IMG/VR virus record: IMGVR_UViG_3300005077_000450
Location: 1-46,289 of that record
Origin: a virus
Lineage: Duplodnaviria > Caudoviricetes
Reading direction: 5' to 3' (one strand)
DNA: 46,289 nucleotides
The translations under genes and the position numbers were made by a program. Shown piece by piece: positions 8,763 through 18,857 of this stretch. Below the pieces are notes generated by a model. That model saw nothing but the letters and a program-made list of their open reading frames with translations, had not been told where the DNA came from and did not search any database. Each line of letters starts with the position of its first letter. The stretch's first letter is position 1.

Positions 8763-9023
8763 ATGGGCGAAGAAGAACACGGCGGCAATGATCGGGTATG
8801 GAAGGGCGAAGTCACCACGAAACTCGACAACATTCGAGAAGACATAAAGGATTTAAAGTCGTCTTTTGCCGCGCATCTTATGATGTGCGATCGGTCGCGA
8901 ATGAATTATATGGAGCGCGTATCGCGGCTTGAGGAAGCGTCCAATACAAGGCACAAACTGACAATGCTATTCCTTTCTATACTGTCCCTCGCGGTGGCGC
9001 TTGGGCTGTTTAAGGTCATATAG
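8763..9023 (+). CDS. holin/XhlA-like membrane protein
   Basis: Coiled-coil N-terminus (RVSRLEE) plus one C-terminal TM helix. Confidence 0.5.
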   Translation: MGEEEHGGNDRVWKGEVTTKLDNIREDIKDLKSSFAAHLMMCDRSRMNYMERVSRLEEASNTRHKLTMLFLSILSLAVALGLFKVI

Positions 9024-9027
9024 ACAA

Positions 9028-10461
9028 ATGGAAGCGAAGGTAAACACGCCGTGTTCGTCTTGGGTGAAAATGGAACAGAAGTGGCGGCTTGTGCGGGCGC
9101 TTCTCGGCGGAACCATGGCGATGCGGGAAGCCGCAGCAGACTTTCTGCCGCAATATCCAAAGGAAGAGGCAGACGTTTACAAGCACCGGCTGGAATGTTC
9201 TTTCTTGAAAGGTTTCTACGCGGATGCCGTTGAAAACGTTGTATCCCTACCATTCTCGAAGGAAGTAAGCTTCGATGGCGAGCTTCCGTCGCCGCTTGAG
9301 CCAATGCTTGATAATATCGACCGCGAGGGAAACAACATCACGCAGTTTGCGCGCGCCTTGTTTCGCGATGCGGTCGCCTATGGCAAGAGCCACATACTCG
9401 TCGAATATCCTACGGTGACGGAAAACGAAAACGACATCGTGCGGGCGGAGCGCGGGATATATCCGTACTTTGTACATGTCAAGGCGGATCAGCTTATTGG
9501 ATGGCAACAATCGGACATTGATGATGGCGTGGACCCGTCACAGATGCTTTCTCAAGTCAGGATTAAAACTCAGGAGGTGCGAGCCAAGGGCGATTATGGC
9601 GAAGAACTCGTTCATATCGTGCGCGTCTATTCGCAGTCCGATTATGCGACCTATGAAAGCATTAATGGGAGCGAGTATGTATTGAACCAAGACAAAAGCG
9701 GGTTGCATACATTCGGGAAGATCCCGCTTTATACCGTCTATGCTGGCCGCGAAAACTTCCTTGTTGGATACCCGCCGATGTATCGCGTGGCCGAGACGGA
9801 GCTTGAATACTGGCAAAGCGCGAGCGACCAGCGGAACATATTATCTGTTGCAAGATTCCCCGTGTTGTTCGGTTCCGGCTGGAGCGAGCAGCAGGCGACA
9901 AAGCTTAAAGTGCTTGGGCCTACGCGCATGATAACGCACCAGGACGAGAAGTCGGATTTGAAGTTTGTAGAACATTCAGGGGCGTCCATTGCGGCTGGCG
10001 AGCGTGATCTTGATCGGCTTGAGAGATTGATTCTATATTTTGGGGTTCAGCCGCTAATGCGCCAGGGCGGCGATGTGACGGCTACAGGCGAGGGAATCGG
10101 TGCGCGGAACAAGGAGGCGCGGGTTCAGACATGGGTTAGAAATTTGGAATATTGTCTGAATCAGGCCATGCAGGCAGCGGCCGATATCACAAACCAAGAC
10201 ATCGGCGATTTTAGTTTTAATGTTTACAACGAGTATGCGCTGCCGGTTATCGGCCAGGGCGACGTCGCTACGCTTGCGCAGCTATTTATAAATAACAAGC
10301 TGCCGGCGGCGGCGTTCTTCGAGGAAATCAAGAGGCGCGGTATCATTTCCGAGCAATGGGACACGGATAAGCTTGCCAGGGACGTAGACAATTCTATCAA
10401 CATTCCGGAATTTCCGGATAGTTCGACAGATAACAATCTTCCGCCTGCCGATGATGAATAA
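9028..10461 (+). CDS. portal protein (DUF4055 family)
   Basis: GGTMAMREAA..FLPQYPKEE..YKHRL N-terminal motif; YGKSHILVEYP; position after terL. Confidence 0.9.
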   Translation: MEAKVNTPCSSWVKMEQKWRLVRALLGGTMAMREAAADFLPQYPKEEADVYKHRLECSFLKGFYADAVENVVSLPFSKEVSFDGELPSPLEPMLDNIDREGNNITQFARALFRDAVAYGKSHILVEYPTVTENENDIVRAERGIYPYFVHVKADQLIGWQQSDIDDGVDPSQMLSQVRIKTQEVRAKGDYGEELVHIVRVYSQSDYATYESINGSEYVLNQDKSGLHTFGKIPLYTVYAGRENFLVGYPPMYRVAETELEYWQSASDQRNILSVARFPVLFGSGWSEQQATKLKVLGPTRMITHQDEKSDLKFVEHSGASIAAGERDLDRLERLILYFGVQPLMRQGGDVTATGEGIGARNKEARVQTWVRNLEYCLNQAMQAAADITNQDIGDFSFNVYNEYALPVIGQGDVATLAQLFINNKLPAAAFFEEIKRRGIISEQWDTDKLARDVDNSINIPEFPDSSTDNNLPPADDE

Positions 10462-11684
10462 TGGTATCTAAAGACACATTAGACCAGGCCAAGGGATTGA
10501 CGGCATCAGCGAATGGAAAGCTATTTGATGCCGTCATTCGTCACATGACGTATTTGGAGCGCATTGAAACGGAACAGGCGCGGCGGATATTGAGTTTTTT
10601 TGATAGGCGGATTATTCCCGATTATATGGCATTGTTGAAAGAAAAGCTTGAGCGTCTTAATGGGCAGCGCGAGCTTAAGAATTGGAACATTAGAGAGCTT
10701 GAAGCGCGGATTGCCGAGACGATACAAGCCTTTCAGGCTGGAATCCGGGCGGCGGGTGAGGCGGCACAGGCGCAGCTTATTCCTCTTGCCATTGCCGAAT
10801 CTTCGTGGGCGAAGATTGTATTAAACGGAGCCATACCGAAACCGCTTGAGGTATCCTTTCGCGTTCCGTCGATAGGCGTCCTCGAACAGATTGTTAAAAA
10901 CAAGCCATTTTTGAATCATACGTTCGGCCAATGGTGGAAGGGCCTGGCACGCGGGGCAAAAACAGCGACGATTGATGCGCTAAGGACGGGCATCGGCGAG
11001 GGAAAGCGCGTAGAACAGATTGCGCCTCGTGTCCGCGAGATCACGGGGCAGATTAGGCGTGACGCTGAAACCCTTGTAAGGACGGCGGTAAATCACACAT
11101 CAAGCAACGCGCGGTTCGCAACGCTGGCGGCGAACGATGACGTGCTTGCCGGATACCAATTATCGGTAACGTTCGACACAAGGACATCGGATATTTGTGC
11201 GAAGATTGGGCAGGAAAACAAGGTTTACAAGTTCGACGATCCTGGTGCGCCTATTCCGCCGCTGCATCATAATTGCCGGACTACGATTCGCCCCGTAGTA
11301 AAGTCGCTTCAAGACCTCGGCGTCGCTGGCTTTCCGATAAACGACTTGGGGCCGGGTGATCGTGCGTCGCTTGGTGGGCCTGTGTCGGCCAATATCAATT
11401 ATGGCGAATGGCTAAAACTGCAATCGCTTGAGATGAAGCAATTAAAGATGGGGAAGAAATGGGGCGAGAAGTATCACAACGGCGAAGTGTCTTTTGATGA
11501 GTATTTGCAGCGAACCGGCAAAATACCGAAACCAACGATCACGAAAGACAAGCCAGGAAAGGCCGCGCAATATTCAACGAATGAATATTTGAAGCGCATG
11601 GAAGAAATTGAAAAAACAACGGCGCTTCGCGTGTTGCGTGAATCTGGAAAAGCCGCCGACGATGTATTTAATAAATTCAGATAA
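10461..11684 (+). CDS. minor head morphogenesis protein (SPP1 gp7 / Mu F)
   Basis: AETLVRTA, DTRTSDIC and PPLHHNCRT motifs. Confidence 0.9.
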   Translation: MVSKDTLDQAKGLTASANGKLFDAVIRHMTYLERIETEQARRILSFFDRRIIPDYMALLKEKLERLNGQRELKNWNIRELEARIAETIQAFQAGIRAAGEAAQAQLIPLAIAESSWAKIVLNGAIPKPLEVSFRVPSIGVLEQIVKNKPFLNHTFGQWWKGLARGAKTATIDALRTGIGEGKRVEQIAPRVREITGQIRRDAETLVRTAVNHTSSNARFATLAANDDVLAGYQLSVTFDTRTSDICAKIGQENKVYKFDDPGAPIPPLHHNCRTTIRPVVKSLQDLGVAGFPINDLGPGDRASLGGPVSANINYGEWLKLQSLEMKQLKMGKKWGEKYHNGEVSFDEYLQRTGKIPKPTITKDKPGKAAQYSTNEYLKRMEEIEKTTALRVLRESGKAADDVFNKFR

Positions 11685-11771
11685 CAAAAATATTGACTCG
11701 CTTCGCGTTTCTGTTATGCGTTGCGATTAATCGGCAGAGGGATTCTGCGATATTTTACGGAGTTATTATTC

Positions 11772-12617
11772 ATGGCTTTGAAGGCAGTAATTGACAAGGC
11801 GGGCTTTGACGCTTTAGACGGCGCGATCAAGTCTGAGTATAGGCCGATGCCAGGGCATGACGGGATGTATATGCTTGACGCCGAGGCCGTTACCGTCGGG
11901 AAGTCGGTATATTCGCTTGAAGATGTAGCCGGACTGAAAAATGCGTTGGCTTCTGAGCGGCAGAGGGCCGAAGCGTTTGAGTCAAAGCAGCGCGAGTTTG
12001 CGGATCTTGATCCTAAGAAGGCGCGGGAGGCGTTGACTAAGATAAAGGAAATGGCGTCGTGGACGCCGGAGCAAAAGGTGAAGGAGCAAATCGAGGCGAT
12101 CCAGAAGCAGCTCGAGGACAAGTACGGCGCGGAGCGGAAGGGTTGGGAATCCGAGCGCGATGAACTTACAAACGGGCTTAATGATGCGCTTATTCGCGCG
12201 ACGGCGGCGGCCATTCTTGGGCGCGAGGATGTCAAGGGGGACGCCGAGCTGCTTATGCCGCACATCATGTCCAGGACGCGCGTGAAGCGCGTTGAGCAGA
12301 ACGGCAAGGCGAGTCGCGTCGCGGAAGTGTTCGATCCATCAACCGGCAATCCGGTCTTGACGCGCAAGCAAGGCAGCGCCGATCCAATGGGCGTTGAAGA
12401 ATTGATTATTTCCATGAAAAAGGGCGAGTTTGGGAATTCGCTGGCCAGGGCGTTCGACGGATCGGGCGCATCGGGAAGTGGCGCCAGGACGGGCGGGTCG
12501 AGCGGATCGGTGCGCAGATTGACGCGCGACGAGATGAAAGATCCAGGAACGTACGCGCGGGCGAAGGAGGCAGCCGAAAAGGCTGGCGTTTCCGTATTTG
12601 ATATTCTGCCGCAGTAA
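11772..12617 (+). CDS. capsid scaffolding protein
   Basis: MALKA..YMLD..EDVAGLKNALASER motif, coiled coil, GSGASGSG C-terminal motif; immediately before the capsid gene. Confidence 0.8.
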   Translation: MALKAVIDKAGFDALDGAIKSEYRPMPGHDGMYMLDAEAVTVGKSVYSLEDVAGLKNALASERQRAEAFESKQREFADLDPKKAREALTKIKEMASWTPEQKVKEQIEAIQKQLEDKYGAERKGWESERDELTNGLNDALIRATAAAILGREDVKGDAELLMPHIMSRTRVKRVEQNGKASRVAEVFDPSTGNPVLTRKQGSADPMGVEELIISMKKGEFGNSLARAFDGSGASGSGARTGGSSGSVRRLTRDEMKDPGTYARAKEAAEKAGVSVFDILPQ

Positions 12618-12657
12618 CGATTAATTTAGTTTTACGGTTCTTTCTAAATCAAAGTCT

Positions 12658-12712
12658 TCTCTCGTGAACGAGCGCGGGACGCCTCGGGGCGGGATGCCCA
12701 ACGATAGAGACG
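12658..12712 (+). promoter_or_regulatory. structured capsid 5' leader with tandem GGGA-loop hairpins
   Basis: GCG-CGGGA-CGC and GGGC-GGGAT-GCCC hairpins inside a TCTCTCGT / ACGATAGAGA stem, upstream of SD CAGGAGG. Confidence 0.45.
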
Positions 12713-12740
12713 CGGTTCAACCTTTACAGGAGGTTCAATC

Positions 12741-13928
12741 ATGTCTAACACGTTGGGTTATTATAACCCGTACTTTTACGCCAATGAGGCGTTGATTCAT
12801 CTTCGGAATGCCCTCGGCATGGCATCCCGTGTTCACATGGGGTTTGATGCGGAGCGGCGCGCCTTTAACAAGGGCGAGTACGTCAATATCCGCAAGCCTT
12901 CCACGTTTACTGCTACGGACGTTGTTTCTTCCTCCGGCGGAACTACCGCTGATCTCGCGACGGAAAGCGTGCAGGTCCAGCTTTCGAACTGGAAGGAAGT
13001 CAAGTTCTCGCTGACTGACAAAGAGCTTTCTTTCACGTCCGAGCGGATCATTTCCGACCATATCGCGCCTGCTGCGTATGCGCTGGCGAACGATATCGAT
13101 TCTGCGTTGTGCGACCTCTATAAGAAAGTCCCTGCAACCGTTTATATTGCTTCCGGTTCTGTTGCCGCGACCAGCGTCACGCAGGTTTGGGAAAAGATGT
13201 TTGACATGGGAATTCCCATGAACGACGTCAACAACCTGCATTTCATGGTCAACGGCAATGCGACCAGGGAGTTGCTTGACGAGACCGCCTTCACGTCGTG
13301 GAGCGTGGCAGGCGACAACGCTGGTCCTAACCTCATCAATGGAACCCTTGGGCGTCGTTATGGGTTTAACTTCTTCTCTAACCAGAACGTTAAGACTCAT
13401 ACCGGCGGCGTATACACCGATGGCGCTGGCGCCATTGACTCCGGAAGCTCGACTGGCTATGCCAAGGGAACGACCACCGTACACATCGACGCGTTGACTT
13501 CGGACGATGTTTTCGCGATTGGCGATTCCTTTTACATCACGGGCTACAAGCACCCGTACGCGCTGACCTCAGCCGTTACCATAACGAGTTCGGCCGAGGC
13601 CGACTTCGCGATTTATCCGGATCTGCATGAGGCGATTGCAGAGAATGCAGTTGTTACCTTCGGATCCGGCGGGACCACGAAGAGTGGATACGCAAACCTT
13701 GCTTTCCACAAGAACGCGTTCGCGCTTGTAACCGCGCCTCTCTCTGACATGGGCAATGAACTCGGCGCGAAAATCGCCGTGGTTCAGGATCCCGTCACCG
13801 GATTGTCGCTGCGCTCGCGCATCTGGTACGAGGGCGATTACAGCCGCGTGAAGGTCGGCCTGGATGTCCTGTACGGCGTCCAGGTGCTTGACGGACACTT
13901 GGCGTGCCGCCTGTTGGCCACCACGTAA
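12741..13928 (+). CDS. major capsid protein (P22 gp5 coat family)
   Basis: GEYVNIRKP, ALANDID, NLAFHKNAFALV and LDVLYG motifs; strong RBS. Confidence 0.9.
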   Translation: MSNTLGYYNPYFYANEALIHLRNALGMASRVHMGFDAERRAFNKGEYVNIRKPSTFTATDVVSSSGGTTADLATESVQVQLSNWKEVKFSLTDKELSFTSERIISDHIAPAAYALANDIDSALCDLYKKVPATVYIASGSVAATSVTQVWEKMFDMGIPMNDVNNLHFMVNGNATRELLDETAFTSWSVAGDNAGPNLINGTLGRRYGFNFFSNQNVKTHTGGVYTDGAGAIDSGSSTGYAKGTTTVHIDALTSDDVFAIGDSFYITGYKHPYALTSAVTITSSAEADFAIYPDLHEAIAENAVVTFGSGGTTKSGYANLAFHKNAFALVTAPLSDMGNELGAKIAVVQDPVTGLSLRSRIWYEGDYSRVKVGLDVLYGVQVLDGHLACRLLATT

Positions 13929-13941
13929 CGTAACGATTCAA

Positions 13942-13977
13942 AGGCTCGGGTGCCGCAAGGCGCCCGGGCCTCCTTTC
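13942..13977 (+). terminator. GCAA-tetraloop hairpin after the capsid gene (weak terminator or stabiliser)
   Basis: AGGCTCGGGTGCC-GCAA-GGCGCCCGGGCCT; short U tract. Confidence 0.5.
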
Positions 13978-13988
13978 GAGGTGGACGC

Positions 13989-14201
13989 ATGGCACCGAGT
14001 AAACCTAACCACATCGCCATCTACGGCCCTAAGGGGCATTTATTGATCGACAAAAGCGAATTGCAGGCGTGGCTGGATCGCGGGTATGTCCGGGAATCCG
14101 AGATGGCGGCAACGCTTCCAGTCACGGATGACGAGACAAGCGCGGAAGACGTTAAGAAACCGCGCAAGCGGAAGGTGAAACAGGATGCGGGCCTTTCTTG
14201 A
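13989..14201 (+). CDS. small hypothetical protein after the capsid gene
   Basis: RBS GAGGTGG; basic C-terminus KKPRKRK. Confidence 0.65.
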   Translation: MAPSKPNHIAIYGPKGHLLIDKSELQAWLDRGYVRESEMAATLPVTDDETSAEDVKKPRKRKVKQDAGLS

Positions 14202-14358
14202 AGTACTTAAGCGTTGCTGGATCTTTTTGCGGCCCGTGGTTATTCAGGCTTCGGTCGCGGCGATTCGGGCGACGCTTCAATGGACGGCGGCGAAGCTAAG
14301 GGCGTTCAAGGAAAAGAAGCAGGAGGGCCACAAAGATGGCGGCGACGTTCGTAGTTGA
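14185..14358 (+). CDS. 57-aa amphipathic hypothetical protein (not in the ORF track)
   Basis: MRAFLEVLKRCWIFLRPVVIQ..GGDVRS*; bridges the gap between its neighbours. Confidence 0.45.
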   Translation: MRAFLEVLKRCWIFLRPVVIQASVAAIRATLQWTAAKLRAFKEKKQEGHKDGGDVRS

Positions 14359-14860
14359 GGACGGAACAGCCAAGACGAATTCAAACAGTTATTTGTCGGT
14401 GGCCGACCTACAATCCTATTGGGAGAATCACGGGAATCCAGACGACATATCCGGCGCGACAGATGCCGCGCTTGAAGAGGCGCTTCGCATCGCGTCGCAA
14501 TGGGTAGACCTTGAGTACGGATCAAGATACAAGGGAAAGAAATATTCATCCGACCAGGCAATGAAATGGCCGCGCTATGATGTTTGGGACGATGACGGGT
14601 ATGAAATCGACACAGATGTTATACCACAGGCGCTTAAAGATGCCGTATCGGAGGCGGCCTATCGACAATTGACCGTATCCGGCGGACTGATGGCCGATCT
14701 ATCCGATCCCGCGCCGATCATATCCTATTCAATTTCCGTCGGGCCTATCAGCGAGAAGACGGATTATCAAGGCGGCAATCCTGCGCGGGATGAGTTCACA
14801 AAAATAGATAGACTTATGGAATCACTTTTACAGCCTGCCGGAACGTTCTGGCGCGGCTAA
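14336..14860 (+). CDS. head-tail adaptor (DnaT-like annotation family)
   Basis: FVVEDGT..NSNSYLSVAD, QAMKWPR and IPQALKDA motifs. Confidence 0.85.
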   Translation: MAATFVVEDGTAKTNSNSYLSVADLQSYWENHGNPDDISGATDAALEEALRIASQWVDLEYGSRYKGKKYSSDQAMKWPRYDVWDDDGYEIDTDVIPQALKDAVSEAAYRQLTVSGGLMADLSDPAPIISYSISVGPISEKTDYQGGNPARDEFTKIDRLMESLLQPAGTFWRG

Positions 14861-14875
14861 TTGGAGGTTATTTTA

Positions 14876-15241
14876 ATGGCTGACTATATCCATGACGATG
14901 TTTTAGATGCCGCGTTAGGGATTATTGATAACGCGACGATCCTTCATATCTGTTCCTCGCAGCCAGCGAACTTCGCTGGTATCGCGAGCGTTACCCTTGG
15001 CAACAAATCCAGCCCTGGGTTTACTGGCCCTGCAAACGGCGATACGAGCGGGCGCAAGATCACGATTAATGCAATCACGGACGGAAGCGTGACGGCTACC
15101 GGCACGGCGTCGCACTTTGCGCTTGCGGATTCTACTCGGCTTCTCGCGGCGGGCGACCTCGCAAGTTCGCAGTCGGTGACGAGCGGAAATACGTTCACGC
15201 TTGCGGCGTTCGATATCGAGATTCCGGACCCGTCCACGTAA
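14876..15241 (+). CDS. small beta-rich virion structural protein
   Basis: TGTASHFAL..GDLASSQSVTSGNTFTL; RBS GGAGG; in the neck region. Confidence 0.7.
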   Translation: MADYIHDDVLDAALGIIDNATILHICSSQPANFAGIASVTLGNKSSPGFTGPANGDTSGRKITINAITDGSVTATGTASHFALADSTRLLAAGDLASSQSVTSGNTFTLAAFDIEIPDPST

Positions 15242-15259
15242 TAGAGGGACCATCGACAC

Positions 15260-17911
15260 ATGGCTCAGGAGATCATCCGGCCTAACTCGGACATGAACAC
15301 AACATGGACTCCTAGCGGGGCTGCAACCCGTTATGAGTGCGTGGACGATGTTACGCCGGATGATGCTTCTACCTATATTCAGTCGCCAGCATCGACGCTT
15401 GTTCAGCAGCTTGGCCTTAACGCGCCAACAGGCATACCAGCCGGTTCGACAATCAACGGATGCTCGCTTTATGTAAGATATTTGGTCACCGGGACCAACA
15501 ACATCCGCGTCGGGTTGCGCATTGGCTCAACCAACTACACGGCGGATTATACGCCTGGCAGCACAGGCACGTGGCTTGAGATTTACCATACCTATTCGAC
15601 AAATCCAGCAACAAGCGACTATTGGGAACTATCGGACTTTGACAGCATAGGCGCTATCGTTCGCAATAATAATATCTCGCAGAATTATTATGTGACGATG
15701 GTTGCTCTTGTCATAAACTACACTGAACCGGGCGCGCATAATCTAACTGCCTTAGATATTACGGTGGGCGCACCGCTTGTCGATGCCCCTGCGATCGGGC
15801 AGAAGCACGCGCTAACTGCATCGGATGTTTTAGCGGGCGCCGCAGCGGTTGACGCCCCGGCGTTGGGACAGAAGCACGCCCTCTCGGCGTCTGACATTGC
15901 CATTGGCGTCGCGACAATCGACGCGCCTGCGCTCGGGCATATTTACGCGCTGACGGCCCCGGACATCTTGGCTGGCGCTGCATTGATTGACGCCCCAGCC
16001 ATCGGGCAGGTTCATTCTTTATCTGCCGCCGACGTTGCAGCCGGTGCCTTGTTGATTGAGGGGCCAGCGATAGGGCAAAAGCACGTCCTATCTGCGCCTG
16101 ACATTTTAATCGGCGCGGCATTAATTGACGCCCCTGCCGTAGGACAGTCCCACGCGTTATCCGCGCAAGATATTCTTATCGGGGCGCCTCTTGTAGACGC
16201 GCCCGCGCTATCCGAAGAATCCGGCCTTCTGCCCCTTGACATAACAATCGGCGCACCAGCTATTGATGCCCCGCCACTCGGGCAAAAACACGCCTTAACT
16301 GCACCGGATGTAGTTATTGGCGCAGCATTGATGGATGCCCCGTCGATTGGCCAAGTTCATTCGATAGCGGCGTCCGATATGGCTATCGGTGCGCCGCTAT
16401 TGGATTCCCCGCAAGTCGGGCAAAAGCACGCGCTCGTTGCATCCGACGTCGCTATCGGTTCTGCTGCTATCGATGCGCCCGTTATTGGACAAATCCACGC
16501 GCTTTCGGCAGCGGACTTGGCGGCGGGGGCTGCCGTGCTCGACGCGCCAGCGTTGGGCCAGGTGCATGGCCTTGAGGCCTCGGACATCTCGATTGGTGCG
16601 CCTTTAATCGATGCGCCGATCCTCGGTACGGACAACTCGCTAACCGCGCTTGACATCACGATGGGTGTGCCTGCGGTAGACGCGCCCGCGCTTGGCCAGG
16701 TTCACGGGCTATCCGTCCCGGACGTGCTGGCGGGTGCCACCGCCATCGACGCGCCCATGCTTGGACAGGCGCACAAGATTCGCGCTTCCGAGATCACCAT
16801 CGGCGCGCCGCTGATCGATGCGCCCGCGCTTACCTCGGATGATGTACTTGTCGCTCTGGACGTTCTAATTGGCGCACCAGCGATTGATTCGCCTGCGGTT
16901 GGACAGAACCACGCGCTAACCGCCGAAGACGTCGCCACGGGCGCTGTAGACGTCGAGGCGCCGTCTGTAGGGCAGGCCCACGGCCTATCCGCGTCCGATA
17001 TCGTATGCGGATCCCCTGCGATTGATTCTCCGGCCCTTGTTGCCTTTGCGTCTCTAACCGCACTTGATATTTCGCTTGGTGCTGCGGCAATCGATGCCCC
17101 GGCAATCGGCCAATATCACGTACTCGTCGCCGGGGAAATTGCTATCGGTTCTCCGAGAATCGATAGACCAGCAATCAACGCGGCGCAGGCCGTTGTCAAC
17201 GATGGATCGCTTGTTTACAAAATATATACGATCGTCCAGGCATACGGGAAAACGGCAACATACATCGGCACATTATCCCAAGACGTTAAAACAACGCCGC
17301 CGTATCCTGTTACCGATAAGATGCTTCGCGATGATATTCTTCGCGTGGGCGACGCGATGGCGTATTTACCGGCTGCCGGATTATCTGAAACGCCAGCCGC
17401 CGGGCACTATTTATTAATAGACGGCAGAAAATGGATTATAGTAAGGCTTGACAAGGTATTTACCGGAGACGGTTCGTCGGTAGGTGCCTATGGATTATAT
17501 CTAAGGCGATTTGGGAAAAGCCTTGCATCAGCGTCTACCAGTTCGACGAAGCTTGACGCGCGTCTTCGGTCACGCATTGCGTCACTGATATCGACTAAGG
17601 GGCAGGACGCGGTTTTTGCCGTGTGGGATCCTGGGACGTACGATCCTGCGACGCTTACCATATCAGGCGGAAGCACAAGCAACAGCACCGAGAAGGTTGT
17701 TCTTGTGTCCATGGGGGATGAGTTTTTACAGCCTGGCGATATTAAGACGGCTGGTCGTATAAAGGCGTTCCTTCCTGCCTATGGAATATCATTTACCCCT
17801 GCTGCTGGTATGACGGTAACGGCGGCAGGCGCGTCGTGGAAAATAGTGGATGATGGCCCTATTTATACCGGCGAGCAAGTCGGCCTCTATCAGCTTGTAT
17901 TGGAGCGTTAG
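15260..17911 (+). CDS. repeat-fibre protein fused to two head-closure-like domains
   Basis: ~159-aa N-domain, 21 x 23-aa repeats, then two domains ending WIIV..YGLYLRR and WKIV..YQLVLER; occupies the stopper gene position. Confidence 0.7.
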   Translation: MAQEIIRPNSDMNTTWTPSGAATRYECVDDVTPDDASTYIQSPASTLVQQLGLNAPTGIPAGSTINGCSLYVRYLVTGTNNIRVGLRIGSTNYTADYTPGSTGTWLEIYHTYSTNPATSDYWELSDFDSIGAIVRNNNISQNYYVTMVALVINYTEPGAHNLTALDITVGAPLVDAPAIGQKHALTASDVLAGAAAVDAPALGQKHALSASDIAIGVATIDAPALGHIYALTAPDILAGAALIDAPAIGQVHSLSAADVAAGALLIEGPAIGQKHVLSAPDILIGAALIDAPAVGQSHALSAQDILIGAPLVDAPALSEESGLLPLDITIGAPAIDAPPLGQKHALTAPDVVIGAALMDAPSIGQVHSIAASDMAIGAPLLDSPQVGQKHALVASDVAIGSAAIDAPVIGQIHALSAADLAAGAAVLDAPALGQVHGLEASDISIGAPLIDAPILGTDNSLTALDITMGVPAVDAPALGQVHGLSVPDVLAGATAIDAPMLGQAHKIRASEITIGAPLIDAPALTSDDVLVALDVLIGAPAIDSPAVGQNHALTAEDVATGAVDVEAPSVGQAHGLSASDIVCGSPAIDSPALVAFASLTALDISLGAAAIDAPAIGQYHVLVAGEIAIGSPRIDRPAINAAQAVVNDGSLVYKIYTIVQAYGKTATYIGTLSQDVKTTPPYPVTDKMLRDDILRVGDAMAYLPAAGLSETPAAGHYLLIDGRKWIIVRLDKVFTGDGSSVGAYGLYLRRFGKSLASASTSSTKLDARLRSRIASLISTKGQDAVFAVWDPGTYDPATLTISGGSTSNSTEKVVLVSMGDEFLQPGDIKTAGRIKAFLPAYGISFTPAAGMTVTAAGASWKIVDDGPIYTGEQVGLYQLVLER
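15737..17185 (+). repeat. 21 tandem 69-bp (23-aa) coding repeats
   Basis: Consensus HALxAxDIxIGAPxIDAPAIGQx, counted by eye. Confidence 0.9.
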
Positions 17912-17913
17912 CC

Positions 17914-18420
17914 GTGCCGATTAATGGGCTGAAACAATTTCAGGCGGATCTTGAGAACTTCGTGTTGAACGTTGTTCCGACGAAGCTGACAACGCTTCAG
18001 AGGGCCATTTGTTTCGAGGCGCTTGGCAAAATCATCGAAAGGACGCCGCGCGACATCGGCCAGACGGTTGGAAACTGGCAAGTGACGGTAAACTATAAGC
18101 CGAACGCCGACGTTGAGAGACATTTTCAAACAAAGGGCAATGCTGATAAAAGCGGAAGTGCAACTTTGGCGCGTGGCATGAGAGCGATTGCGACCATTCC
18201 GCCATTCTGCACGGTGTTCATTACCAACAATTCAGAACATATCCGCGTTCTTGAAGAAGGGCTTTTCGACCCGCCGGATCCCGGGCCTTCCAAGGATCCA
18301 CGGCCAGACAGGAAGGGAAAAATCCTCGTTGCGGGCGGCTATAGCGTGCAGGCGCCGCATGGGATGGTGGCCGTTACGATTCAAGATTTGCGCACAAAAT
18401 ACATGGGGGGCGGTACATGA
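17914..18420 (+). CDS. neck / tail completion protein (HK97 gp10-like)
   Basis: RTPRDIG..GNWQV, FITNN..LEEG and SVQAPHGMV motifs. Confidence 0.8.
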   Translation: MPINGLKQFQADLENFVLNVVPTKLTTLQRAICFEALGKIIERTPRDIGQTVGNWQVTVNYKPNADVERHFQTKGNADKSGSATLARGMRAIATIPPFCTVFITNNSEHIRVLEEGLFDPPDPGPSKDPRPDRKGKILVAGGYSVQAPHGMVAVTIQDLRTKYMGGGT

Positions 18421-18845
18421 CAAAGTGGAAAGCAATAAAGGCCGCCATCCAAAGCCGGATGCAGGATGAAATAGGAACGCCATACGGAGTTCAAATTCAG
18501 TATGACAACGATGATTCGTTTTCATTGAACGAGTCAAGCCTTGGCGATTATTCCTGCTGGTGCCGATTCTTTATTATCCCGGGCGCCGACGAACAGGCCG
18601 ACATCTGCGACAACCCGCGCTTTCGTTCTTCTGGCGTTGCGCAAGCGCAATTATTGACGCCGCTATTTAGTGGCGAAGGCGATATCATGGATCTTGCCGA
18701 GCTTGTCGGCGCAGCTTTCAGGGCGACCAACGCGGACGGGATAACATATCGGGCACCATATACAACCGCCGGAAAGAGGGAAATGCATTGGTACAGATTA
18801 GACGTTTGGATTCCGTATTTTGCAGAGTTTTTCAAAGACGATTAG
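18417..18845 (+). CDS. tail terminator protein
   Basis: Position before the tail tube; WCRF and WYRLDVWIPY pattern. Confidence 0.7.
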   Translation: MTKWKAIKAAIQSRMQDEIGTPYGVQIQYDNDDSFSLNESSLGDYSCWCRFFIIPGADEQADICDNPRFRSSGVAQAQLLTPLFSGEGDIMDLAELVGAAFRATNADGITYRAPYTTAGKREMHWYRLDVWIPYFAEFFKDD

Positions 18846-18857
18846 GAGGCCGATTAG

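Noticed and set aside
11701-11737. CTTCGCGTT..TCGGCAG similarity to 35779-35798
   Set aside because: Short, widely gapped, and lies within a probable promoter with no enclosing hairpin
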